The notes under the pieces were generated by a model, which was not told the origin of the DNA, made no database searches, and saw nothing but the letters and a program-made list of their open reading frames with translations. A stretch of 61,677 nt of DNA, the filler included, from Sphacelaria rigidula (lineage: Eukaryota): assembly GCA_964200075.2 (NCBI GenBank). It is 9 parts of 9 records of this genome, joined end to end, with 100 filler letters (N's around TTAATTAATTAA, not from the genome) between each part and the next. Parts side by side here need not be neighbours in the genome. Positions count along the whole stretch, not along the records: positions 6,866 to 13,630 come from CAXNAA020018193.1; positions 13,731 to 20,495 come from CAXNAA020018194.1; positions 20,596 to 27,359 come from CAXNAA020018195.1; 6 more parts are not named here. The stretch is one strand, 5' to 3'. Shown one piece after another: positions 12,099-25,279 of the stretch. Every line of letters starts with the position of its first letter. Within the stretch, counting starts at the first letter, position 1. The position numbers and the translations under genes were made by a program.

Positions 12099-13268
12099 AT
12101 ATCCGTTCTCTGCAGAATCACTCCTGCAACTCCTCGACTCGTACGGGTCTACCATGTTGCGTGAACCGAGGGTTTTGGAATCGCGTAGCGGCGAACGGCC
12201 CCCGTTGCCGGTAGCCGGTAGCAACACTTTTCTTTGTTGCTGTGATTGTCTCTAGGGTGAACCTCTATGTGCCTTGGGATTCATAGCCTGCATTTTTTTG
12301 GGGTTAGGGTTAAGGCTAGGATTGGTGGGATGATCAGGGGCACAATGCCCCCATTTCGCACGTAGACTTTGGGCTCAATAAAAGTGTGGAGCCGTACTTG
12401 GGGTCGGGGAGGTGCCGTTCTGTTGGCGTGCCTTGAACAGCGCCGCCTACTACGAGAGACTGTCAAGGAAGCATCGACACCCAGCGGCACGCCAATCCAT
12501 GTTTGACTTTTTTACACGGTCGACTCGTCCTATCGGCTGTACTTTTTGTTCCTCTCATCTGAAGTTGTTCTTTTGTGGGGGGCAAACGTGAGCACGTTTA
12601 AACGAAGATCGTGTCTACTGTGCTACTGTTCGAGGGGTTTTTACCCTCCCCCCTGTCCACCGTCCCCCGTCCCTCGCCCCTCCATCAAGTGTGTTGATGC
12701 TGTTGGTTTGTGATTTCGATCTTACCGTCGTATAGTCTTACATAGGTCAAGGCGTGTACTCGAACTTGATCGATCATTCATCGTGTACGTATGCTCCCGG
12801 GTGCACTCAGAGGTTTGGGAAGTTACCGTAGATTGTCCGATTCCCGCAAAGGGTTCATGGGTACCGTATGTGTCGAACTTGGCACCTCGACCCCATTTTT
12901 GTTTTTAGCCCCAAAGTAGGGGGTACTCTGAATCCGTGTATCTCAGCAAGTAATAAGCCACCAGGCGTAAGTCAGGCCTTGAAACTGTATTACAGTCGTG
13001 TGATGAAGATCTATGACTCTGGATTCGGAGTGAAGGGTATGCACATTTTTTTTCAGTTGCCAACATAGATCCTGGTGTGGCAACTAGAAGAAGCAAAATT
13101 CCAATTCCAACTTTCAAATTGGTTGTTGTCTCAGGCTATTCCAGATTCGGCTATAGATTTCTGTGACAGAAAACACTCTCGTTTTTTCGGAATACTTAAC
13201 CCCCCCCCGGCAGAACCTCTAAAAAAACCAGCAGAACCTTTCGAAAAACTGCTCAAAAGATGACCCCA

Positions 13269-13447
13269 TTATCTTGAGTACAGGGTGGTACACTCAAAAC
13301 CAGACAACTATGCAGTGGTGTATGAACTGCAGAGTACTACTCTCAAAACCAGACAAGGCAGTTATGCCGTTATCTTGACTACAGGGTGGTACACTCAGAA
13401 CCAGATAACTCTGCAGTGGTGTATGAACTGCAGAGTACTACTCTCAA
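13269..13447. repeat. Tandem duplication, period ~101 bp, starting with TA-CAGGGTGG (Tc1-like end motif)
   Basis: ttatcttga(g/c)tacagggtggtacactca at 13269 and 13370. Confidence 0.8.
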
Positions 13448-13731
13448 CAGAAAACAATACAGATGTTCTGCAGCATCACGAGAAATCACGCGCCGTTCTA
13501 ATCGCGTTCCGCACGAGAAGGAGAAGCAACAGCAGCAGTATCAGCAGCATCTTTACTGCCAGTAGATGTACGCGGCTGGGGGTGGGTCTAAATCAGCCGG
13601 TGCCGATTCGTGTGTGTGTCAGCGCTGTCCNNNNNNNNNNNNNNNNNNNNNNNNNNNNNNNNNNNNNNNNNNNNTTAATTAATTAANNNNNNNNNNNNNN
13701 NNNNNNNNNNNNNNNNNNNNNNNNNNNNNNG

Positions 13732-13762
<31 letters not shown>

Positions 13763-15721
13763 AGGACGGACAGCGTTGCCGTAAGGATTCAGATGGTGTG
13801 TACTGCACTGTCACGGACTCATCTCACGACAATATATGTGAAGAATCAACTTCTTCCACCGCAATTGGGTTATCATGCCCTAGTGACACCGCACATCACA
13901 TACAAGTAGGAAACCCGGCGCCGCAAAAGTTGCGTGGAAACTTTTGTTCCGAATCCCGGCCTATCCGAATTCTAATTCGCACAGCCTTCCCTCGACTTTG
14001 AGAGGTAGATTATGAAACTTGGTGCGGAGAGTTAATACGGCACAGCATTCCAAAGTCTTTGTGGCAGGACCCCCGATGACCGGTCAGCCCGTAAGTCACT
14101 CAATATCAAGCACATACTTTCTTGTTTTCAAGGAATGTGGAGTGGATACAAGTATCTTCAGATCTCCAATCTGACAGGCGGTGGCAAGCGAAAAGAGCCT
14201 ACGAACATCGCCAATTGCGAAAAAAACTCTCAAGTCGCCACGAAATGAATAGTTACACCGCCCACTACTGTAGCTTGTGGAAACGTCTCGTGCTGTCGTG
14301 TGCGTAACGTGTGAAGGCGGAGTAGCCCCGCTGTTAAAGACAGTGCAGTACGCAACGACAAGCCCAGAAATCAGGCATCAACACCTTACTCACAAGTTTT
14401 GGCGCGGTGATTGCTGTTGGAGCCATTAGTTGTCGTACATGTCGTGAGGAGTCAATCCAGGATCTATCAGCGGCATCACAATCATTTTAAAACACTCGTT
14501 CTCCGCTTATCTCTCATGAAGGTTTTGGGCGTCAATGCTGACTGCGACATCGCCGAATGGTCGAGGACACTGACTACAACTGTATCTTTCACATCCCTTG
14601 GGGTGTTGTTGTCATCATATGCCGCATCCACCTCTAAATATTTCGTGCACGCATGCAACGCCTCCTCCAACCTCCTTGTTTGCGTGCCAGGGGAAGGTTC
14701 CTTAGAACTCTGGCATCGAGGGCGCGCTGCTTCAGGGTGAATGTCAAGAACTTCATCGGTACTGGATCCAGGACGGAAAAGTGGGCGAACTTGATTATAT
14801 TTGGTGTAATGGTGACCCCAACGATAAAGCGACGACTGTGGCACGATCATTTCTCAATTTTCTCCCTTTTCGAGGCGCTGGCCGTGGGGCACAACTGCGT
14901 TAGCCCATCAGGGACCTCAAATTTGCTCCGAAATGATCGATGGAAATTTCCGACAGATTTGGAGCACAACGTCTGCACAACAAACAATGGGGTAAACGCC
15001 TTGACGTGAGGATTTTGACGGGAAAAACAGATCTTGTACCTTCGGCTGTGGAGTATGGGCTGCTAGAAATTATTCCGAATGATGGCGCGACGACATTGTG
15101 CAACGCCCGTCCTCATATCCACGACGGGGGGCGGATTCTCGTATGTCGCACGCAAAATCAAAAGTTCAGCTGAACGCTGGAACTCTTACTCTGCCACGAG
15201 CAGTCCATAGTTTAAAAATAAAAATTGGCCATGAGGCGGACAAAAAAATAGAAAATATCCAACCACGTAACGCGTACTCGATTTGCTCATGCTCGCGCTA
15301 TCGCCGACGGATTGCAGACAAGGAAACGTACATCGCCATATCCCCGGCGGAAACGCATCCTACACATGAAAAACTTCACGAGATCCACTGATCACCACGG
15401 CCTTTACGTGGGTAGGTCGAGGCTCATCTGCCGCCGCAGGCGCGAGGGGTTACCGCACTAGTAGAATCCCCAACTCGGGCATAACGAAACGATTAAAACA
15501 ACTCGTGTCCGCAAAGCAGTAGGGACGACCCATGCGTACTTCGTCGGCCGTAAGTACTGTGCTGGCGGCTGCAGTCGGTGACACCCATTGGCCAAACTCT
15601 CGTTCATGCCCCGTACAATTTGTCATACTCTAGCTCCCAAAACGCGAATTCGTCCAGTCATGGATGATGACGGAAAACGACGCAAGTACACTCGCTATGC
15701 TAGAGTCATACCCTTTGTTAA

Positions 15722-17236
15722 CCCTTTTGGAACCCTCCCCTCCTGTCCCCTGGTCAAACGCCTTCTTATGAGAAGCCCTGACGAAGAGGAAAACATGAAA
15801 ACAGAAAAGGCCGACGGCAACCATTTTTACAATGGAAGATCGGAGAAGAATATCCTCCCCGAAGAGATCGGGTGAGGTTTGTCCTCTCACACAACGCACC
15901 GGGTAAAGCGTGTCCAAGTGCATCTATCGACAGTAATCAGCAAAACCACTATAAAACATTCCATTAAAAAAAACAGCAATGGGTTCCAGGGTCCAACTTG
16001 GCACGTTTGTATATTAGCATTTGTAAATGAGGGAAGTACCGCTTTGTCGGGCTGCAGCATTAGGTGACGAGTCTGCCAAGCCACACCGTGCATACAGCAC
16101 AGTATGGCTGAACCCAGCGAAATCCCGTCACTACATACATGTGGAAGGCATAGTGGGTTGTGCGGGCGGTACATGGCGGGTGTAATCGCAGGCGTCCGAA
16201 CAGGCGATATACATGTGCAACGGAGGGAGCCGACGGACACCGCCTAGCGTAATCAGGCCAGATGAAAAACTCTTCAGTCAGAAAAATACAGCAGGTTACA
16301 GCATTGACTTGCGGCTACACTCCGTACAAGATAAAGATGGGCATGTCGTGAAACGTCGGCTACGTAAGACGGCACGACACGATGACGGTAGCCGGCGTCA
16401 TGAATCTCATGCAGCATGAATTATATCTATGCAACGGTCGGGAACGATCAATCCACGGTATAGATGTGGTGGGGCAACTGTGCCTTTCGCTACGCCGTTG
16501 TGGAATAGTCAGCCCAAAGTATGATGTTGTCGGCACGTACTTGGCAGAGCCCAGTTCTGTGCATGCCCCGCGTTTTACAGAGATATTTTCAAAATCAAAA
16601 CAGATACGACACGAAGGAGTAAGGTATTACCCCTGGGGCGACGGCACTTGGCAGACTCTACACCACAGAGACGGGGTATAACTGCAGGGCACAGGGCGTC
16701 TGCGTCGCCTTTACCCATTTTTCAAAGGGTGGGATGGTGCTGTCGGAACGTGAATGGGCGCGATGTTGGGCATGACGTGAGTCTGCAGTCGAGATTACCT
16801 CAAACTGCTGTGAACACAACCAGTACTGTACAGGGTAGTGTCGCAGCACCCCCGGCGGCACGGAAAGGTCACTGCCTGGGATTGGATACCGCCAGTTCAT
16901 ACATTTAGCGAATGTGCCATCGGCGTTGCCCTTGTTGCTATGGCACTGCAAAGAGTATAAACTGCAGCGGGCAGAGCGTGCAGGTCAGGCCGGAAGCATG
17001 CTTCACAGAGGCCTGCCGCGCACTGTGGCCGAGCAAGGACCTCATGAGTGTAGGAAAAAAAGCCGACGGATCGAAGCAAGAAAATAGGAAACCTTCTCTT
17101 GATCCACTTGTCACTCGTACAGGTCTGAAAAATACGCGTTTGGCCAAAATTGTTGCGTCTAAGCTATGAACCATCAACCATGCTCAAAAATCGTCAATTG
17201 CAAATGATCAATTTTCCATCATGAGTTCCAAAAGGG
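15722..17236. mobile_element. Non-autonomous piggyBac-like element, copy 1 (1515 bp)
   Basis: TTAA|CCCTTTTGGAAC ... GTTCCAAAAGGG|TTAA; colinear with 51429-52945; no transposase ORF. Confidence 0.88.
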
Positions 17237-17241
17237 TTAAC

Positions 17242-17430
17242 GGTCGCCCCTCTCGCGATAAAAAATAACAAAGGCAAGCACCGCAGAAGGAACGTGGGGT
17301 ATTAAAAGCAAATTAAAAAGAAGAAGCTCCTGTGTTGACCTTCCTCCTAAGTGACCCCGGCTGATGCGCCCACATATACCGAAAGGTGTAGACTGGTGCC
17401 CAGAATAAATGAGACGACAACACACACACT
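17242..17430 (+). mobile_element. Internally deleted tRNA-SINE copy with CA tail
   Basis: Begins GGTCGCCCC (SINE 5' end) fused to the 3' body, ending ...ccagaataaatgagacgacaacacacacac. Confidence 0.7.
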
Positions 17431-18889
17431 ACTACTACTAATACAGTCAGCCACAACCATTCCCGAAATAGCGTTCATCCGTCCTACTCGTACTCAAGCA
17501 TGCAACTTCCTCTTCTCGGGGGTCAAAATCAGCGGCGCAATAACCCCTGCCGCATGTTGTACACCCCGTCACAGAACCCAGACCTAAGGCAAAAGGGCAA
17601 TTCAACTTCCCAGCAGACAGTCCAGGCATACACAAGGATTAGCTCGAACCGTAGCTACTGATCAACTGAATATGGACGATGTCTTCTCCCTCCGGGCAAA
17701 TCGATTTGAGACACTACCACTTCTGGCAGATAGGCACCGTGTCACAACAACAGACGGTCAACAAATCCATCGTGAGGAGCTGTTACGGTATAAAAGGCCG
17801 ACCCTCTTTTAATAACGAACGGATTGCGCTCGAACAAACAACAAGGCGTGTAGCTGAGCAAGAGCTGGAGCTGAACGCGATACACTTGTGCTGCGTGTGT
17901 CTCTCTGCGTCTTTGCTCGTGGTGGGTTGTGTATTCGTAGGTGCTGCGTTTTTCAGTCAGGTCCGTCTTCATTCCCAAACGTATTTCCGAACCGTATGAA
18001 GAACAAACTCAAAGGCAGCGGTCCGACATCAATGCTTCGGATTCACTATCCCGCAAACCTTGTGTCATCTTTACGGACTGTACTACTCGCCACTTCTGGT
18101 GGTACCTCGCTCCCCCAGCCCGTAGCCCTCACCGCGGCCTTGTCGCTGCCAAAAACACGCCAGAGCGGGATGATATTAAAAGGATCTAGCCCGACACCCA
18201 GAGGACACATTAATGCTGTAAATCGAGTGCGCTACAACTTGAGTTGACCCGTTTTCATCTCTCACACCACCGTCGTAGGTACAGTTCATCCCCCGCACGT
18301 GATGCACATCTGGTGACAATAATCCTATAAATGGAGATAAGTATGGTGACACGGCACTAACCTTGTGGAGAGAGGAAGCTGAAGCAGGAGGGTTGCGATT
18401 TGTTGCTTTTGATCTTGGGTTAAACTAAGTATGTGCGGCGCGTTTCTCAGCCACTTGGGCAAGGAGGCGTGCAAAGTAACCTAGCAAGCACAGAATGCAG
18501 AGACAAACCAAATGCGAAGAATCAGCGCGGGAAATTTCCGGCAAACTTCCTTGGACCAACTTTTCGAAGAATGTGGTGCTACAAGATGGCGGTATGAAAC
18601 AAGTGCAACGCACGAGAGCGGAAAAACTATACTGTCTGTATGTACACGCGGGTGCACCATCGAACGTCATGTACACCCTGGGATAATGGCACCCTGGGAT
18701 AATGGCAAGAGCACGCGCGGCTAGTCAGTGTCACATGACCCCCGCCTCGACCGTGGTGAAACTTGGGTAACGTGTGTTTTTTGTTGTTATCGCTGCCCTC
18801 TTTATTTCTTTCCTTTCTGAGGCCGTTGCTTCTGTCGTTTTTCTGTTTTTTTTTTGTATTTTTTATTATTCTGTTCTATTTTCGCTGCT

Positions 18890-18950
18890 CCTGATCACGG
18901 ACTGGATTGTTGCAATCAGCTAATGTGAGATAATCAATCAATCAATCAAC
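18890..18950 (+). repeat. Retroposon-like 3' end with (ATCA)n tail; related end on minus strand at ~25695-25770
   Basis: cacggactggattgttgcaatcagctaatgtgagat(aatc)n vs cacggctggacc...tcagttaaagtgcgac(aatc)n. Confidence 0.45.
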
Positions 18951-19274
18951 CATGTACCTGTATTTCAATCCGAACCTGCACAGACATTCTCACATATAAT
19001 CTGGCGCGGAGGGATGGTGGGAAAATCCACTACCTCTGGGCAAACTGCAGGTGAGGCAATCGCCAAAATACTCACGTGTGAACTCTGCAACAACAGTGCA
19101 GTGTAAGTTGACATCGCTAGAAGGACACTACCATAACTACCTTGCCGGCTTCCAGACTGTTATGATCTTGAATCCGCTAGAATTGCTACTGCCTGTATGG
19201 GGATGTTGCCCACTTGTCGGGTACGTGGGGCAGGGTCCATGGCGGAACGCAGCGGTCGCGAGAGATGGGCTTAA

Positions 19275-19373
19275 CCCTTAGACCGCGAGGTTAGTCTTCT
19301 GTTGAATCGGCACCAATTTCGAGTGAAGAAAAAGTATGCGTGTTCCAGAAAGACTAATCTCGCGGTCTAAGGG
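19275..19373. mobile_element. 99-bp MITE with 24-bp TIR, piggyBac-like ends
   Basis: TTAA|cccttagaccgcgaggttagtctt ... aagactaatctcgcggtctaaggg|TTGT (one TIR mismatch, right TSD degenerate); partial third end at 19436. Confidence 0.65.
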
Positions 19374-19457
19374 TTGTTTTGTCTCGATAAAAGACCGCCT
19401 TGGGGCTGTGAACTGGCGACTCGTCTGTATGGTAACCCTTAGACCGCGATGCGGGTA

Positions 19458-20495
19458 CGAGCTGGGCCGGCCTAAAAAGCTCTAAAAGCGATATCTCAAC
19501 GACGCAGACGAGTTGGGCCGTGATCCGCATATCGTGTTATTAATCGTCTAATCAAGGGGAAGGTGCCCATCTGCTCAAAAATCTGGACAAACTTTTCCTC
19601 GTCGCGTAAACCCCATGTCTAGTAATTCCGTTACCTGGCGGAGATAGCGTCCACACTAAAATCTATATGAAACCCCGAACGATCGATCAAGCAGATGATG
19701 ACGATTTTTGGTGTAGACCTTCCCTGGAGCACGGGGAGACGATAGATACCCCCACTTTCACCTAATTCGCTATCTATCTCGAGAAATGGCGCACATAAGG
19801 TTCCATAATAAAATCAAAATATTACGAGCAGAGGCACTAGATGACCAAATCTGGATATCGCGTATCAATTTTTGAGAGTGGTGCTATGAAATTTGGTATG
19901 GAGAACCGCTAGTGCATAACGAAAAAAAATACAGCTTTTCCATTTTTTCTCGTTTTATCTCATATTTTTTCGTATTTTTAGGGGGGATTTGAGGAGAAAT
20001 GAACATTGCTCTTGGGCCTTAACTCAACTTTTCAGCTCAATTTTTAGAATTGTGATTTGAAACTTGGCATGGAGAACGACAGAGGTATGCTGAGAAAAAA
20101 AAAAAAAACGTTTTTTGTTTTTTTTCTTGAGAGGTTCGGGGAGTTCTCGTAAAAAAATCATCGTTACGATACTAAAACGCCCTCAATCAGTGAAAAAACC
20201 AAATAAAACCCAACCTCACCCATTTTTCTTGGTTCATCACGACCTAGCAAGGTCCCGCACAAGGTTTCAACCCATAAATACCAAACGTGGGCCGATAAAC
20301 GGCCTGCAAAATACTGTTCCGAATTTCCGCCGCCTCGGTTTTTCAAATGTAAATTCGCAATTTTTTTCTCGGAGTTGGAAAGTGAAATTTGGTATGAACA
20401 ATCAGCAGGACATGAAGAAAAGCTGTCTGTGAGGTCTCGACGTTTTTTTTTTTTTGTGAATTAAGGGCAAAAATCAGTTGGAAAGTGAAATTTGG
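19458..20495. mobile_element. Non-autonomous Tc1/mariner-type element (TA|CGAGCTGGGCC end), truncated by contig end; inverted homolog at ~22230-23043
   Basis: End matches TIR family of 29404-30000; 19530-20330 aligns in reverse to 22230-23043. Confidence 0.7.
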
Positions 20496-20595
20496 NNNNN
20501 NNNNNNNNNNNNNNNNNNNNNNNNNNNNNNNNNNNNNNNTTAATTAATTAANNNNNNNNNNNNNNNNNNNNNNNNNNNNNNNNNNNNNNNNNNNN

Positions 20596-21317
20596 TTTAA
20601 CGTCAAGGCAAGAAAAACTGTATGAGGTTTCCGAGTTTCTCCACCAAACTTTGTACATGTGTTCCTTGAACTCTCCCGGGACGCATCATTTCATTATTTT
20701 TTGGGGGGGGCATTATGTACCGCCTTCCGGGGATCTTCATGCTGGGATCCCCGGAAGCCGGTAGAGAACGGAGAAAACGTTCTATATTGTCAAGAATAAA
20801 ATTTTTGCATCTTGAGCATCAATACCTACGGAACTGCCGAGTTTTAGGGCGATCTCAGCTCCTCTACAACAAATATAGGGGACACCGTCACGAGGCTCCA
20901 TGGGCCTTTCGTGCGCATCATTAGTGGAAGTGAGACGACGCCAACACCCGGCATCACCGAAAGATCACGGTTTCGGGTAGAATTCGACCCCCGTAGTAAC
21001 CGTTTTGAAAAATATGACTTTCTCGTTAGATTCCCGTGTCGATGACGTTTACTACGATCTGAAGCATGTTGAGATTGGGTGAAAATTGGGCTTGGTATTC
21101 GTAATTAAGATCTCCGAACAATTCGAAGGGCGCTGATTGGCTGACACATTTTCGTCCATAGCGCCACCGCGACGGCCTTGAACAAAACTCCGGCCATGTC
21201 ACCCTCTTCGCCTCTTCATTGCGGTCAGTATGATACCATATATGCGACTATTGGGTGCGTAGTGCGGAAGGCATTTGCTGATGACACAATTTTGGGTGAT
21301 CACCGTGAACCAACCTG
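20596..21317. mobile_element. Non-autonomous Tc1-like element (TA|CAGG-TGG end); homologs start at 27853 and 59814
   Basis: Reverse complement of ~27853-28570; shared end motif followed by aaaattgtgtc(a/c)tcagcaaatgcc. Confidence 0.7.
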
Positions 21318-21448
21318 TACGAGCGCCTTTTGCTGTTGTCACGCACGGCCGTGTGCAAGTTGTTGTGGGAGTTTGACGGAAGTTTATGTTCGTAACAGTT
21401 CTCGCAGGATGAAACTCCGTACACTCGAGTGTCTATGCCCCCCTCACA

Positions 21449-22104
21449 TCCTCCATAGATGAAGGCGTGGGGTACAAGACAAAAGTAAGAGACATGATCG
21501 AAATAAGGGGAAAAGGAGCGCTCAGACGCGAAGTACACGAGGCAGAACACCTGGGGATATACTGGGGGTTGAGAGAGGGGATCGGTATGAAAACATATCT
21601 GCATGGCCCCATGGACGCTGCGAAAAATCTGAAACTGCGATTTCGGGTGGGGGACCTGGACCTGCCAAAAAGAAGAAAGAGATTTACCAGTCGTCGACAG
21701 GAGGAGGAAGTACATGCACAGAATTGCCCCTGTGGCAAAGCAATATAGAGCAGAAGTCATATACTGGCAGAATGTGAACTACACAAGGAAGAACGGGACG
21801 TGCTAGAGGGGAAAATGCGGGACGTGAACGAAGATGGCATGATATCGTTTTATACACTAGACAGTAGGGAGAAAACGATGGCTATAATAGAAGCTAAAAG
21901 TTAGATGGTGGCCACAGACGGCGAAAGAGGACGGGGATACAAAATGTACAAGGTTTTGTGTAATGTAGAGAAGAAACGTGAGGAGCGCCGGAATGTTGGA
22001 GGTGTCTCTATCAGGAGTAGAAACGGTGCTCCGTCTCGAAAGGGATGCGTGGTCGATGGTCAAAAGACAAAGGCACGCAACAAATGAGTACGCCCCCTCC
22101 CCCC
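21449..22104 (+). mobile_element. 5'-truncated LINE 3' fragment (degenerate ORF2 C-terminus)
   Basis: Encodes GIGMKTYLHGPMDAAKNLKLRFRVGDLDLP and a CPC...H...C knuckle with stops; homologous to the copy at 39385-40214; ends ACAAATGAGTACG(C)n. Confidence 0.85.
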
Positions 22105-23044
22105 AGACGTCAAACGATTATTGCCCTTAACTCATGGAAAAGAAAAAAAACTTCGGGACCTCACAGACAGCTTTTCTTCATGCCCTGTTGATCATCCTAG
22201 CTCTGATTTTTTTTTGCGAATTCGCCTTTCAAAAACCGGGCCGACGGAAGTTCGGAAAAGTATTTTGCAGGCCGCTTATCGGCACACGTTCGGTGCTTGT
22301 GTATTGAAACTTTGTGCGGGACCTCGCGATATCATGATGAACCCAGAAAAACGGATCAGGTTGGTTTATATTCATTTTTCTTCACTAGTTGAGGGCGATT
22401 TAGTGGTGACGAACATTTTTTCACGAAAACGCCCGAACCTCTCCCCCCCAAAAGATGAAGGCCCATTTTTTTCATTCAGCATACCTCTGTCGTTCTCCAT
22501 GCTATGTCTCAAATCACAATTTTAAAAATTGAGCTAAAAAGGAGATAAGGTCCAAGAGCAACGTTCATTTCTCTTCGAAACTCCCCTTCCGACACGAAAA
22601 AATTGAGGAAGAAAACAAAACAAAAAAGTTAAAAGCTGGCTTTTTTCTTCATTTCAGAATGCACGAGCGATTTTACACACCAGATTTCATAGCACACTTC
22701 TCAAAAACTGAGAAGCGATATCCAGATTTAGGGCATTTAGTGCCTCTGCTCGTAATATATGAATTTTAGAATGTAAACTGATGAGCGCTATATCTCGAAG
22801 TAGATTACGAATTGGGTGAAGGTGGAGATATCTATCGTCTCCCCGTGCTCGAGGGAAAGTCCACACCAAAATTCGTCATCACCCGCTGTATATATTGTTC
22901 GGGGTTTTATAGAGATTTTAGTGTGGACGCCATCTCCGTACGGTATAGGAATAACTGGACATGAGGTTTAATCAACGAGAAAAACTTGGCCCAGATTTTT
23001 CATCAGATGGGCACCTCCCCCTTGATTAGACGATTAATACGATA

Positions 23045-23560
23045 CTAGTGGTAAGCCACGGCTGACGCGCGTGGCAGCAGTACCGCAGGTATCAACACCA
23101 CGCGGGTCTCTCGCACACGTGGAGGCTTTGAAACGAAATGGCCGAGAACAAAAAGCGACCCCGACCTTCACCATAATTTATTAGTATAAGCAGATAAGGA
23201 CTTTTAACCCAAAGATAAGGTGCTAGTCGGAGGGGTACTAAACTCCGAAAAGTGCCCGGGCTGTCCGAGGACATTTTATCGACCAAGAACCATATTTCTC
23301 CCTTTCTTTGGATACGCTTGATACATCCTTGACACGGAGAAATTGTGCGTTGAAGTCACGCCCTCCCTATTCAGACGCCACCTACACCTCACGCAGCTGA
23401 CACATCCGGGGTTTCACCTTTTTTTCGGATGTTTTTCAGGCTTACGCTTGAAACCCCGCAGAACAAGTACTTTCCCGATTTGTTTTGCTGATCGTGGGAT
23501 TTGCCCTGAGGAACGTTACTCTTCGCCGCCCTCAATGTTTTTTTTTGTCGCACTTTGAAC
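23045..23560 (-). mobile_element. Non-autonomous Helitron 3' end
   Basis: Minus strand GCCACG-N9-CGTGGC hairpin then TTACCA-CTAG|T; homologous to 54953-55720; inner boundary approximate. Confidence 0.75.
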
Positions 23561-24749
23561 CCCTCCCCTTCCTCGGGATGAGTTCGTGGTCTCAAGGTAT
23601 CAACTCATCTCTCCCCCGATTCAATTGAATAAGAGCAAATGGAAAATAAGCACAGACATAGAGAACTGGGGAGAGAACGTCGAAGGGGAGATGAAAGCAG
23701 ATAACTACATAACCACTACGAAAGAAGAAAGTAAGCGTGACCGTTAGGGATGCTACACGGGGGGGGTGTTAGCACCCGAAAAGTGTCCGGGCTGTTTTAC
23801 CACACGTCACCGCCGAGGGGCCACTCTTGACGGAGGATCCTGAGAAATGGGGTTGAACATTAGAATGGGGTTCAACTTCAGAAGAATGCTTTCCCGACCT
23901 AAACTACTTACATATCACTTCCATATGAAAGACCTAACCCTTCCCCCCCCCCTCCCCCCGAATCTCCCTTAAACCATCTTAAGGGGTTTCGAGGCTTCCG
24001 TCCCCCGACAGGGTATGACTATGTGCAAACGAGCTGTTGTCGGGCTCAAACGCGTGCCCCTCTTCACCCCAAAGTCGAGGCAAAAATATATTTTCGCACA
24101 TGCCCCCTGCGGGAACGGAAGGCTAGAAACCCCCCTGACACAAATTCAGGGAGATCGGAGGGGATGAGGTCGTCTATATACGAAAGTAATATGTCACTAC
24201 TTTAGGTCAGCAAAGCACTGGTTGGAGTCGAACATCATTTTGATGTTCAATTTAGTCCAACTCCATTCTTCAGGATGCTTTGTTAAGCGTGGTATATGGT
24301 CGGTGAGGTATCGTCGAACAGCCCGGACACCTTTCGGGGAATAACACCCCCCTCCGTTTAGCATCTCTAACGGTCACGCTTACTTTCTTTTTTCGTTGGT
24401 GGTCACGTAGGTGCAGAGTCAGTGTGTGTGCTGAGTGTCCTTGCTGGAAATGACGGCAAGATACATTCAGCGTGCCATCGCTTTCACTGAACACAGTCTA
24501 CTGCATGCGGCTGTCCTCTGCTTAGTGGAAAACTCCGGATGTCCGTGGACTGTCAGCCTGTGAAACTGTTCCGAGGCGACGCTGGATGTGTAAGGATTTT
24601 TGTGAGGCCTCTCCGTATTCAGACGCTACACGTACACCTTCACAACGCTGACACACCCCGGGGTTCAACGTTTTTCTTCAAGTGTTTTTCAAGCTTCCCT
24701 CAAAACCTGCAGTACTGACAAAATTTCCGGTGTGGAGGGGGGGATCGCT

Positions 24750-24836
24750 GGAGGTATCTCAAACTCGGGGTTCCCGGTATTTTTTACTGTAAGTTACTGT
24801 AAAACATACCGCGAACCTCGAGTTTGAGATACCCCC
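24750..24836. mobile_element. ~85-bp hairpin MITE (GGTATCTCAAACTCGAGGTTCCCGGTAT arms); second copy 38448-38531
   Basis: Inverted arms seen directly in both copies. Confidence 0.7.
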
Positions 24837-25279
24837 CGCTGTTAATGACTCGTATCGCAAACATCGCCGAGGATCACAGATTTTTAATATCAACATTTCT
24901 TTCATATTTCGTTGTGGGTACAGGAGTGTGCGCTGTATGCACGTGGTTCAGACAAGCGGGAATGGTGGGGAGCCAGTGTGTTGTATATCTATTTTGATAT
25001 CTATCTGCAGAAATGGAATTTCCCGCAGAGCTGCTCGTAGGAGTTGAACTTGTCAACAAAAACATGGCTCAGTTTCATCCACCATCCCCTGTTCGCACTG
25101 ACGGTGGACGCCAGTTTACCTTAGAGTAGGGGCATATGTGGGCGCGCCAACCCGGGCCACACAGGAGTAACGCCAACCCCGGAGTTTTTCATTTTGATTT
25201 CAGTACCCCACCTTCCTTTTGCGATGGGCATCGGTGCGTGCGGTATCAGTCAGTCGGTGAGCAGTGGTGTGTATATGCG

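Noticed and set aside
15430..15463. Third Helitron end (...ttaccgcactagt)
   Set aside because: CTAGT is present but the hairpin is poor and there is no homolog in the window.
15722..17236. Short ORFs shared by the two 1.5-kb copies as conserved genes, or the copies as paired LTRs
   Set aside because: Similarity is explained by TE copy identity; copies are on different contigs and have TIR/TTAA ends, not TG...CA.
18058..19196. Minus-strand exon chain (19142-19194, 18362-18480, ~18059-18215)
   Set aside because: Splice-like sites exist but phases are incompatible and no product is recognisable.
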